A stretch of 64,000 bases of DNA. It comes from Eledone cirrhosa. Lineage: Eukaryota. The stretch's first letter is position 1, and each line of letters starts with the position of its first letter. The position numbers and the translations under genes were made by a program. The notes beneath the pieces were generated by a model, which was given only the letters and a program-made list of their open reading frames with translations, ran no database searches and was not told the origin of the DNA. Shown in pieces: positions 14,301-27,350 of this stretch. The DNA lies in contig OZ024745.1 in the NCBI GenBank assembly GCA_964016885.1, positions 64,480,001 through 64,544,000 of the forward strand. The letters run 5' to 3'.

Positions 14301-16310
14301 TGATCAATTTTTTATTTGGGTGATACATTTTTAATTTGGGTGATCCATTTTTTATTTGGGGGATCCATTTTTTATTTGGGTGATACATTTTTTAATTGGG
14401 TGATCCATTTTTATTTGGGTGATCCATTTTTTACTTGGGGGATCCATTTTTTATTTGGGGGATCCATTTTTTATTTTGCTGATTCATTTTTTATTTGGGT
14501 GATCCATATTTTATTTGGGGGTATCCATTTTTTATTTGGGTGATCCATTTTTTATTTGGGGGATCCATTTTTTATTTGGGTGATCCATTTTTTATTTGGG
14601 TGATCCATTTTTTATTTGGGGGATCCAATTTTTATTTGGGTGATCCATTTTTTATTTGGGTGATCCATTTTTTATTTGTGGGATCCATTTTTTATTTGGG
14701 GCATCCATTTTTTATTTGGGTGATCCATTTTTATTTGGAGATCCATTTTGTACTTGGGTGATCCATTTGTTAATTGGGTGATCCATTTTTTATTTGGGTG
14801 ATCCATTTTTTATTTGGGGGATTCATTTTTTATTTGGGTGATCCATTTTTTATTTGGGTGGTCCATTTTTTATTTGGGTGATCCATTTTTTATTTGGGGG
14901 ATCCATTTTTTATTTGGGTGATCCATTTTTTATTTGGGGATCCATTTTTTATATGGGTGATCCATTCTTTATTTGGGTGATCCATTTTTTATTTGGGTGA
15001 TCCATTTTTTATTTGGGGGGTCCATTTTTTATTTGGGGGATCCATTTTTATTTGGGTGATCCATTTTTTATTTGGGGGATCCATTTTTTATTTGGGTGAC
15101 CCCTTTTTTATTTGGGGGATCCATTATTTATTTGGGTGATCCATTTTTTATTTGGGGATCCATTTTTTATTTGGGGGATTCATTTTTTATTTGGGTGATC
15201 CATTTTTTATTAGGGGGATCCATTTTTTATTTGGGTGATCCATTTTTATTTGGAGATCCATTTTTTATTTAGGTGATCCATTTTATAATTGGGTGATCCA
15301 TTTTTTATTTGGGGGATCCATTTTTTATTTGGGGGATCCATTATTTATTTGGGTGATCCATTTTTTATTTGGGTGATCCATTTTTTATTTGGGTGATCCA
15401 TTTTTTATTTGGGTGATCCATTTTTTATTTGGGTGATCCATTTTTTATTTGGGGGATCCATTTTTTATTTGGGTGATCCATTTTTTATTTGGGGGATCCA
15501 TTTTTTATTTGGGTGATCCATTTTTTATTTGGGGAATCCACTTTTTATTTCGGGGATCCATTTTTTATTTGGGTGATTCATTTTTTATTTGGGGGATTCA
15601 TTTTTTATTTGGGTGATCCATTTTTTTTATTTGGGGGTCCATTTTTTATTTGGGTGATCCATTTTTTATTTGGGTGATCCATTTTTTATTTGGGGGATCC
15701 ATTTTTTATTTGGGTCATCCATTTTTTATTTGGGGAACCATTTTTTATTTGGGGAATCCATTTTTTATTTTGGGTGATCTATTTTTTATTAGGGGGATCC
15801 ATTTTTTATTTGGGTGATCCATTTTTATTTGTAGATCCATTTTTTAATTGGGGGATCCATTTTTTATTTAGTTGATCCATTTTTTAATTGGGTGATCCAT
15901 TTTTTATTTGGGTGATCCATTTTTTATTTGGGTATTCCATTTTTTATTTGTGGGATCCATTTTTTATTTGGGTGATCCATTTTTTATTTGGGGGATCCAG
16001 TTTTTATTTGGGTCATCCATTTTTTATTTGGGGTATCCATTTTTTATTTGGGGGATCCATTTTTTATTTTGGGTGATCCATTTTTTATTAGGGGGATCCA
16101 TTTTTTATTTGGGTGATCCATTTTTATTTGTAGATCCATTTTTTATTTGGGTGATCCATTTTTTAATTGGATGATCCATTTTTTATTTGGGGGATCCATT
16201 TTTTATTTGGGGGATCCATTATTTATTTGGGTGATCCATTTTTTATTTGGGTGATCCATTTTTTATTTGGGGGATCCATTTTTTATTTGGGTGATCCATT
16301 TTTTATTTGG
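8180..16310 (+). repeat. Dispersed duplicate of a ~2 kb variant-rich block (~8180-10170 and ~14330-16310; offset 6145-6146)
   Basis: ORF pairs 8350/14495, 9343/15489, 9742/15888 and 10021/16167. The variants TTTTGTACTT, TTTGTTAATT, GTGACCCCTT and GGGGCATCC were seen only in these two copies. Confidence 0.9.
9901..11960 (+). repeat. Tandem duplication of ~1,020/1,040 bp (second copy has one extra monomer)
   Basis: TTGGATGATC at 10021 and 11041 (offset 1020); identical ORFs at 10421 and 11461 (offset 1040); T7 monomer in both copies. Confidence 0.88.
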
Positions 16311-16569
16311 GTGATCCATTTTTTATTTGGGGGATCCATTTTTTATTTGGGTGATCCATTTTTTATTTGGGTGATCCATTTTTTATTTGTGGGATCCATT
16401 TTTTATTTGGGGGATCCATTTTTTATTTGGGGGATCCTTTTTTTATTTGGGTGATCCATTTTTTATTTGGGTGATCCATTTTTTATTTGGGGGATCCATT
16501 TTTTATTTGGGTGATCCATTTTTTATTTGGGTGATCCATTTTTTATTTGGGGGATCCATTTTTTATTTG

Positions 16570-19500
16570 GGTGATCCATTTTTTATTTGGGTGATCCATT
16601 TTTTATTTGGGGGATCCATTATTTATTTGGGTGATCCATTTTTTATTTGGGGATCCATTTTTTATTTGGGTGATCCATTATTTATTTGGGTGATCCATTT
16701 TTTATTTGGGGGATCCATTTTTTATTTGGGTGATCCATTTTTTATTTGGGGGGTCCATTTTTTATTTGGGGGATCCATTTTTATTTGGGTGATCCATTTT
16801 TTATTTGGGGGATCCATTTTTTATTTGGGTGATCCATTTTTTATTTGGGTTGATCCCTTTTTTATTTGGGGGATCCATTTTTTATTTGGGTGATCCATTT
16901 TTTATTTGGGGGATCCATTTTTTATTTGGGGGATCCATTTCTTATTTGGGTGATCCATTTTTTATTAGGGGGATCCATTTTTTATTTGGGTAATCCATTT
17001 TTATTTGGAGATCCATTTTTTATTTAGGTGATCTATTTTATAATTGGGCGATCCATTTTTTATTTGGGGGATCCATTTTTTATTTGGGGGAACCATTATT
17101 TATTTGGGTGATCCATTTTTTATTTGGGTGATCCATTTTTTATTTGGGTGATCCATTTTTTATTTGGGTGATCCATTTTTTATTTGGGGGATCCATTTTT
17201 TATTTGGGTGATCCATTTTTTATTTGGGTGATCCATTTTTTATTTGAGGGATCCATTTTATATTTGGGTGATCCATTTTTTATTTGGGTGATCCATTTTT
17301 TATTTGGGGGATCCATTTTTTATTTGGGGGATCCATTTTTTATTTGGGGGATCCATTTTTTATTTGGGTGATCCATTTTTTATTTGGGGGATCCATTTTT
17401 TATTTGGGTGATCCATTTTTTATTTGGGGGATCCATTTTTGATTTCGGGGATCCATTTTTTATTTGGGTGATTCATTTTTTATTTGGGGGATCCATTTTT
17501 TTTATTTGGGGGTCCATTTTTTATTTGGGTGATCCATTTTTTATTTGGGTGATCCATTTTTTATTTGGGGGATCCATTTTTATTTGGGTCATCCATTTTT
17601 TATTTGGGGAACCATTTTTTATTTGGGGGATCCATTTTTTATTTTGGGTGATCTATTTTTTATTAGGGGGATCCATTTTCTATATGGGTGATCCATTTTT
17701 ATTTGTAGATCCATTTTTTAATTGGGGGATCCATTTTTTATTTAGTTGATCCATTTTTTAATTGGGTGATCCATTTTTTATTTGGGTGATGCATTTTTTA
17801 TTTGGGTATTCCATTTTTTATTTGTGGGATCCATTTTTTATTTGGGGGATCCATTTTTTATTTGGGGGATCCAATTTTATTTGGGTGATCCATTTTTTAT
17901 TTGGGTGATCCATTTTTTATTTGGGGGATCCAATTTTTATTTGGGTGATCCATTTTTTATTTGGGTGATACATTTTTTATTTCGGGGATCCATTTTTTAT
18001 TTGGGTGATCCATTTTTTATTTGTGGAATCCATTTTTTATTTGGGGGATCCATTTTTTATTTGGGTGATCCATTTTTTATTTGGGTGATCCATTTTTTAT
18101 TTGGGGGATCCATTTTTAATTTGGGTGATCCATTTTTTATTTGGGGGATCCATTTTTTATTTGGGTGATCCATTTTTTATTTGGGGGATCCATTTTTTAT
18201 TTGGGTGATCCATTTTTTATTTGGGTGATCCATTTTTTATTTGGGGGATCCATTTTTTATTTGGGTCATCCATTTTTTATTTGGGGAACCATTTTTTATT
18301 TGGGGGATCCATTTTTTATTTTGGGTGATCTATTTTTTATTAGGGGGATCCATTTTTTATTTGGGTGATCCATTTTTATTTGTAGATCCATTTTTTAATT
18401 GGGGGATCCATTTTTTATTTAGTTGATCCATTTTTTAATTGGGTGATCCACTTTTTATTTGGGTGATCCATTTTTTATTTGGGTATTCCATTTTTTATTT
18501 GTGGGATCCATTTTTTATTTGGGTGATCCATTTTTTATTTGGGGGATCCAGTTTTTATTTGGGTCATCCATTTTTTATTTGGGGTATCCATTTTTTATTT
18601 GGGGGATCCATTTTTTATTTTGGGTGATCCATTTTTTATTAGGGGGATCCATTTTTTATTTGGGTGATCCATTTTTATTTGTAGATCCATTTTTTATTTG
18701 GGTGATCCATTTTTTAATTGGATGATCCATTTTTTATTTGGGGGATCCATTTTTTATTTGGGGGATCCATTATTTATTTGGGTGATCCATTTTTTATTTG
18801 GGTGATCCATTTTTTATTTGGGGGATCCATTTTTTATTTGGGTGATCCATTTTTTATTTGGGTGATCCATTTTTTAATTGGGGGATCCATTTTTTATTTA
18901 GTTGATCCATTTTTTAATTGGGTGATCCATTTTTTATTTGGGGGATCCATTTTTTATTTGGGGGATCCATTGTTTATTTGGGTGATTCATTGTTTATTTG
19001 TGTGATCCATTTTTTATTTGGGTGATCCATTTTTTATTTGGGGGATCCATTTTTTATTTGGGGGATCCATTTTTTATTTGGGTGATCCATTTTTTATTTG
19101 GGTGATCCATTTTTTATTTGTGGGATCCATTTTTTATTTGGGGGATCCATTTTTTATTTGGGGGATCCTTTTTTTATTTGGGTGATCCATTTTTTATTTG
19201 GGTGATCCATTTTTTATTTGGGGGATCCATTTTTTATTTGGGTGATCCATTTTTTATTTGGGTGATCCATTTTTTATTTGGGGGATCCATTTTTTATTTG
19301 GGTGATCCATTTTTTATTTGGGGGATCCATTTTTTATTTGGGGGATCCATTTTTTATTTGGGTGATACATTTTTTATTTGGGTGATCCATTTTTTATTTG
19401 GGTGATACATTTTTAATTTGGGTGATCCATTTTTTATTTGGGGGATCCATTTTTTATTTGGGTGATCCATTTTTTATTTGGGGGATCCATTTTTTATTTG

Positions 19501-20900
19501 GGTGATCCATTTTTTATTTGGGTGATCCATTTTTTAATTGGGTGATCCATTTTTTATTTGGGGGATCCATTTTTTATTTGGGTGATCCATTTTTTATTTG
19601 GGTGGTCCATTTTTTATTTGGGTGATCCATTTTTTATTTGGGGGATCCATTATTTATTTGGGTGATCCATTTTTTATTTGGGGATCCATTTTTTATTTGG
19701 GTGATCCATTATTTATTTGGGTGATCCATTTTTTATTTGGGGGATCCATTTTTTATTTGGGTGATCCATTTTTTATTTGGGGGGTCCATTTTTTATTTGG
19801 GGGATCCATTTTTATTTGGGTGATCCATTTTTTATTTGGGGGATCCATTTTTTATTTGGGTGATCCATTTTTTATTTGGGTTGATCCCTTTTTTATTTGG
19901 GGGATCCATTTTTTATTTGGGTGATCCATTTTTTATTTGGGGGATCCATTTTTTATTTGGGGGATCCATTTCTTATTTGGGTGATCCATTTTTTATTAGG
20001 GGGATCCATTTTTTATTTGGGTGATCCATTTTTATTTGGAGATCCATTTTTTATTTAGGTGATCTATTTTATAATTGGGCGATCCATTTTTTATTTGGGG
20101 GATCCATTTTTTATTTGGGGGAACCATTATTTATTTGGGTGATCCATTTTTTATTTGGGTGATCCATTTTTTATTTGGGTGATCCATTTTTTATTTGGGT
20201 GATCCATTTTTTATTTGGGGGATCCATTTTTTATTTGGGTGATCCATTTTTTATTTGGGTGATCCATTTTTTATTTGAGGGATCCATTTTATATTTGGGT
20301 GATCCATTTTTTATTTGGGTGATCCATTTTTTATTTGGGGGATCCATTTTTTATTTGGGGGATCCATTTTTTATTTGGGGGATCCATTTTTTATTTGGGT
20401 GATCCATTTTTTATTTGGGGGATCCATTTTTTATTTGGGTGATCCATTTTTTATTTGGGGGATCCATTTTTGATTTCGGGGATCCATTTTTTATTTGGGT
20501 GATTCATTTTTTATTTGGGGGATCCATTTTTTTTATTTGGGGGTCCATTTTTTATTTGGGTGATCCATTTTTTATTTGGGTGATCCATTTTTTATTTGGG
20601 GGATCCATTTTTATTTGGGTCATCCATTTTTTATTTGGGGAACCATTTTTTATTTGGGGGATCCATTTTTTATTTTGGGTGATCTATTTTTTATTAGGGG
20701 GATCCATTTTCTATATGGGTGATCCATTTTTATTTGTAGATCCATTTTTTAATTGGGGGATCCATTTTTTATTTAGTTGATCCATTTTTTAATTGGGTGA
20801 TCCATTTTTTATTTGGGTGATGCATTTTTTATTTGGGTATTCCATTTTTTATTTGTGGGATCCATTTTTTATTTGGGGGATCCATTTTTTATTTGGGGGA
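16570..20900 (+). repeat. HOR copies at offset 3,031 bp (~16570-17870 vs ~19600-20900)
   Basis: ORF pairs 16805/19836, 17144/20175 and 17384/20415. Shared rare variants GATGCAT (17788/20819) and CTATATGGG (17680/20711). Confidence 0.88.
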
Positions 20901-22990
20901 TCCATTTTTTATTTGGGTGATCCATTTTTTATTTGGGGGATCCAATTTTTATTTGGGTGATCCATTTTTTATTTGGGTGATACATTTTTTATTTGGGGGA
21001 TCCATTTTTTATTTGGGTGATCCATTTTTTATTTGTGGAATCCATTTTTTATTTGGGGGATCCATTTTTTATTTGGGTGATCCATTTTTTATTTGGGTGA
21101 TCCATTTTTTATTTGGGGGATCCATTTTTAATTTGGGTGATCCATTTTTTATTTGGGGGATCCATTTTTTATTTGGGTGATCCATTTTTTATTTGGGGGA
21201 TCCATTTTTTAATTGGGTGATCCATTTTTTATTTGGGGGATCCATTTTTTATTTGGGTGATCCATTTTTTATTTGGGGGATCCATTTTTTATTTGGGTGA
21301 TCCATATTTTATTTGGGTGATCCATTTTTTATTTGGGGGATCCTTTTTTTATTTGGGTGATCCATTTTTTATTTGGGGGATTCATTTTTTATTTGGGTGA
21401 TCCATTTTTTATTTGGGTGATCCATTTTTTATTTGGGGGATCCATTTTTTATTTGGGTGATCCATTATTTATTTGGGGGATCCATTTTTTATTTGGGGGA
21501 TCCATTTTTTATTTGGGTGATCCATTTTTTATTTGGGGGATCCATTTTTTATTTGGGTGATCCATTTTTTATTTGTGGGATCCATTTTTTATTTGGGGGA
21601 TCCATTTTTTATTTGGAGGATCCATTTTTTATTTGGGTGATCCATTTTTTATTTGGGTGATCCATTTATTATTTGGGGGATCCATTTTTTATTTGGGGGC
21701 AGAATTTTTATTTGGGTGATCCATTTTCTATTTGGGTGATCCATTTTTTATTTGGGTGATCCATTTTTTATTTGGGGGATCCATTTTTTATTTGGGGGCA
21801 GAATTTTTATTTGGGTGATCCACTTTCTATTTGGGTGATCCATTTTTTATTTGGGTGATCCATTTTTTATTTGGGTATTCCATTTTTTATTTGTGGGATC
21901 CATTTTTTATTTGGGTGATCCATTTTTTATTTGGGGGATCCAGTTTTTATTTGGGTCATCCATTTTTTATTTGGGGTATCCATTTTTTATTTGGGGGATC
22001 CATTTTTTATTTTGGGTGATCCATTTTTTATTAGGGGGATCCATTTTTTATTTGGGTGATCCATTTTTATTTGTAGATCCATTTTTTATTTGGGTGATCC
22101 ATTTTTTAATTGGATGATCCATTTTTTATTTGGGGGATCCATTTTTTATTTGGGGGATCCATTATTTATTTGGGTGATCCATTTTTTATTTGGGTGATCC
22201 ATTTTTTATTTGGGGGATCCATTTTTTATTTGGGTGATCCATTTTTTATTTGGGTGATCCATTTTTTAATTGGGGGATCCATTTTTTATTTAGTTGATCC
22301 ATTTTTTAATTGGGTGATCCATTTTTTATTTGGGGGATCCATTTTTTATTTGGGGGATCCATTGTTTATTTGGGTGATTCATTGTTTATTTGGGTGATCC
22401 ATTTTTTATTTGGGTGATCCATTTTTTATTTGGGGGATCCATTTTTTATTTGGGGGATCCATTTTTTATTTGGGTGATCCATTTTTTATTTGGGTGATCC
22501 ATTTTTTATTTGTGGGATCCATTTTTTATTTGGGGGATCCATTTTTTATTTGGGGGATCCTTTTTTTATTTGGGTGATCCATTTTTTATTTGGGTGATCC
22601 ATTTTTTATTTGTGGGATCCATTTTTTATTTGGGTGATCCATTTTTTATTTGGGTGATCCATTTTTTATTTGGGGGATCCATTTTTTATTTGGGTGATCC
22701 ATTTTTTATTTGGGGGATCCATTTTTTATTTGGGGGATCCATTTTTTATTTGGGTGATACATTTTTTATTTGGGTGATCCATTTTTTATTTGGGTGATAC
22801 ATTTTTAATTTGGGTGATCCATTTTTTATTTGGGGGATCCATTTTTTATTTGGGTGATCCATTTTTTTATTTGGGGGATCCATTTTTTATTTGGGTGATC
22901 CATTTTTTATTTGGGTGATCCATTTTTTAATTGGGTGATCCATTTTTTATTTGGGGGATCCATTTTTTATTTGGGTGATCCATTTTTTAT
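19598..22990 (+). repeat. Representative full-length HOR unit (~3.4 kb, ~170 monomers)
   Basis: Interval between successive GGGTGGTCC landmark monomers, containing the full ordered set of diagnostic variants. Comparable intervals are 28214-31586 (3372 bp) and 34759-38171 (3412 bp). Confidence 0.8.
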
Positions 22991-25900
22991 TTGGGTGGTC
23001 CATTTTTTATTTGGGTGATCCATTTTTTATTTGGGGGATCCATTATTTATTTGGGTGATCCATTTTTTATTTGGGGATCCATTTTTTATTTGGGTGATCC
23101 ATTTTTTATTTGGGTGATCCATTTTTTATTTGGGGGATCCATTTTTTATTTGGGTGATCCATTTTTTATTTGGGGGGTCCATTTTTTATTTGGGGGATCC
23201 ATTTTTATTTGGGTGATCCATTTTTTATTTGGGGGATCCATTTTTTATTTGGGTGATCCATTTTTTATTTGGGTTGATCCCTTTTTTATTTGGGGGATCC
23301 ATTTTTTATTTGGGTGATCCATTATTTATTTGGGGGATCCATTTTTTATTTGGGGGATCCATTTCTTATTTGGGTGATCCATTTTTTATTAGGGGGATCC
23401 ATTTTTTATTTGGGTGATCCATTTTTATTTGGAGATCCATTTTTTATTTAGGTGATCTATTTTATAATTGGGCGATCCATTTTTTATTTGGGGGGTCCAT
23501 TTTTTATTTGGGGGATCCATTATTTATTTGGGTGATCCATTTTTTATTTGGGTGATCCATTTTTTATTTGGGTGATCCATTTTTTATTTGGGTGATCCAT
23601 TTTTTATTTGGGTGATCCATTTTTTATTTGGGGGATCCATTTTTTATTTGGGTGATCCATTTTTTATTTGGGTGATCCATTTTTTATTTGAGGGATCCAT
23701 TTTATATTTGGGTGATCCATTTTTTATTTGGGTGATCCATTTTTTATTTGGGGGATCCATTTTTTATTTGGGGGATCCATTTTTTATTTGGGGGATCCAT
23801 TTTTTATTTGGGTGATCCATTTTTTATTTGGGGGATCCATTTTTTATTTGGGTGATCCATTTTTTATTTGGGGGATCCATTTTTTATTTCGGGGATCCAT
23901 TTTTTATTTGGGTGATTCATCTTTTATTTGGGGGATCCATTTTTTTTATTTGGGGGTCCATTTTTTATTTGGGTGATCCATTTTTTATTTGGGTGATCCA
24001 TTTTTTATTTGGGGAACCATTTTTTATTTGGGGGATCCATTTTTTATTTTGGGTGATCTATTTTTTATTAGGGGGATCCATTTTCTATTTGGGTGATCCA
24101 TTTTTATTTGTAGATCCATTTTTTAATTGGGGGATCCATTTTTTATTTAGTTGATCCATTTTTTAATTGGGTGATCCATTCTTTATTTGGGTGATCCATT
24201 TTTTATTTGGGTATTCCATTTTTTATTTGTGGGATCCATTTTTTATTTGGGGGATCCATTTTTTATTTGGGGGATCCAATTTTATTTGGGTGATCCATTT
24301 TTTATTTGGGTGATCCATTTTTTATTTGGGGGATCCAATTTTTATTTGGGTGATCCATTTTTTATTTGGGTGATACATTTTTTATTTGGGGGATCTATTT
24401 TTTTGGGTGATCCATTTTTTATTTGTGGAATCCATTTTTTATTTGGGGGATCCATTTTTTATTTGGGTGATCCATTCTTTATTTGGGTGATCCATTTTTT
24501 ATTTGGGGGATCCATTTTTAATTTGGGTGATCCATTTTTTATTTGGGGGATCCATTTTTTATTTGGGTGATCCATTTTTTATTTGGGGGATCCATTTTTT
24601 AATTGGGTGATCCATTTTTTATTTGGGGGATCCATTTTTTATTTGGGTGATCCATTTTTTATTTGGGGGATCCATTTTTTATTTGGGTGATCCATTTTTT
24701 ATTTGGGGGATCCAGTTTTTATTTGGGTCATCCATTTTTTATTTGGGGTATCCATTTTTTATTTGGGGGATCCATTTTTTATTTTGGGTGATCCATTTTT
24801 TATTAGGGGGATCCATTTTTTATTTGGGTGATCCATTTTTATTTGTAGATCCATTTTTTATTTGGGTGATCCATTTTTTAATTGGATGATCCATTTTTTA
24901 TTTGGGGGATCCATTTTTTATTTGGGGGATCCATTATTTATTTGGGTGATCCATTTTTTATTTGGGTGATCCATTTTTTATTTGGGGGATCCATTTTTTA
25001 TTTGGGTGATCCATTTTTTATTTGGGTGATCCATTTTTTAATTGGGGGATCCATTTTTTATTTAGTTGATCCATTTTTTAATTGGGTGATCCATTTTTTA
25101 TTTGGGGGATCCATTTTTTATTTGGGGGATCCATTGTTTATTTGGGTGATTCATTGTTTATTTGGGTGATCCATTTTTTATTTGGGTGATCCATTTTTTA
25201 TTTGGGGGATCCATTTTTTATTTGGGGGATCCATTTTTTATTTGGGTGATCCATTTTTTATTTGGGTGATCCATTTTTTATTTGTGGGATCCATTTTTTA
25301 TTTGGGGGATCCATTTTTTATTTGGGGGATCTTTTTTTTATTTGGGTGATCCATTTTTTATTTGGGTGATCCATTTTTTATTTGTGGGATCCATTTTTTA
25401 TTTGGGTGATCCATTTTTTATTTGGGTGATCCATTTTTTATTTGGGGGATCCATTTTTTATTTGGGTGATCCATTTTTTATTTGGGGGATCCATTTTTTA
25501 TTTGGGGGATCCATTTTTTATTTGGGTGATACATTTTTTATTTGGGTGATCCATTTTTTATTTGGGTGATACATTTTTAATTTGGGTGATCCATTTTTTA
25601 TTTGGGGGATCCATTTTTTATTTGGGTGATCCATTTTTTTATTTGGGGGATCCATTTTTTATTTGGGTGATCCATTTTTTATTTGGGTGATCCATTTTTT
25701 AATTGGGTGATCCATTTTTTATTTGGGGGATCCATTTTTTATTTGGGTGATCCATTTTTTATTTGGGTGGTCCATTTTTTATTTGGGTGATCCATTTTTT
25801 ATTTGGGGGATCCATTATTTATTTGGGTGATCCATTTTTTATTTGGGGATCCATTTTTTATTTGGGTGATCCATTTTTTATTTGGGTGATCCATTTTTTA

Positions 25901-27350
25901 TTTGGGGGATCCATTTTTTATTTGGGTGATCCATTTTTTATTTGGGGGGTCCATTTTTTATTTGGGGGATCCATTTTTATTTGGGTGATCCATTTTTTAT
26001 TTGGGGGATCCATTTTTTATTTGGGTGATCCATTTTTTATTTGGGTTGATCCCTTTTTTATTTGGGGGATCCATTTTTTATTTGGGTGATCCATTATTTA
26101 TTTGGGGGATCCATTTTTTATTTGGGGGATCCATTTCTTATTTGGGTGATCCATTTTTTATTAGGGGGATCCATTTTTTATTTGGGTGATCCATTTTTAT
26201 TTGGAGATCCATTTTTTATTTAGGTGATCTATTTTATAATTGGGCGATCCATTTTTTATTTGGGGGGTCCATTTTTTATTTGGGGGATCCATTATTTATT
26301 TGGGTGATCCATTTTTTATTTGGGTGATCCATTTTTTATTTGGGTGATCCATTTTTTATTTGGGTGATCCATTTTTTATTTGGGTGATCCATTTTTTATT
26401 TGGGGGATCCATTTTTTATTTGGGTGATCCATTTTTTATTTGGGTGATCCATTTTTTATTTGAGGGATCCATTTTATATTTGGGTGATCCATTTTTTATT
26501 TGGGTGATCCATTTTTTATTTGGGGGATCCATTTTTTATTTGGGGGATCCATTTTTTATTTGGGGGATCCATTTTTTATTTGGGTGATCCATTTTTTATT
26601 TGGGGGATCCATTTTTTATTTGGGTGATCCATTTTTTATTTGGGGGATCCATTTTTTATTTCGGGGATCCATTTTTTATTTGGGGGATCCATTTTTTATT
26701 TTGGGTGATCTATTTTTTATTAGGGGGATCCATTTTCTATTTGGGTGATCCATTTTTATTTGTAGATCCATTTTTTAATTGGGGGATCCATTTTTTATTT
26801 AGTTGATCCATTTTTTAATTGGGTGATCCATTCTTTATTTGGGTGATCCATTTTTTATTTGGGTATTCCATTTTTTATTTGTGGGATCCATTTTTTATTT
26901 GGGGGATCCATTTTTTATTTGGGGGATCCAATTTTATTTGGGTGATCCATTTTTTATTTGGGTGATCCATTTTTTATTTGGGGGATCCAATTTTTATTTG
27001 GGTGATCCATTTTTTATTTGGGTGATACATTTTTTATTTGGGGGATCTATTTTTTTGGGTGATCCATTTTTTATTTGTGGAATCCATTTTTTATTTGGGG
27101 GATCCATTTTTTATTTGGGTGATCCATTCTTTATTTGGGTGATCCATTTTTTATTTGGGGGATCCATTTTTAATTTGGGTGATCCATTTTTTATTTGGGG
27201 GATCCATTTTTTATTTGGGTGATCCATTTTTTATTTGGGGGATCCATTTTTTAATTGGGTGATCCATTTTTTATTTGGGGGATCCATTTTTTATTTGGGT
27301 GATCCATTTTTTATTTGGGGGATCCATTTTTTATTTGGGTGATCCATATT
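21930..27350 (+). repeat. Tandem HOR duplication of 2,772 bp; second copy has a 120-bp deletion (offset falls to 2,652)
   Basis: ORF pairs 22110/24882, 22510/25282, 22991/25763 and 23588/26360 (offset 2772), then 24187/26839 (offset 2652). Both copies carry the 17-bp monomer GGATCTATTTTTTTGGG (~24391, ~27043). Confidence 0.9.
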
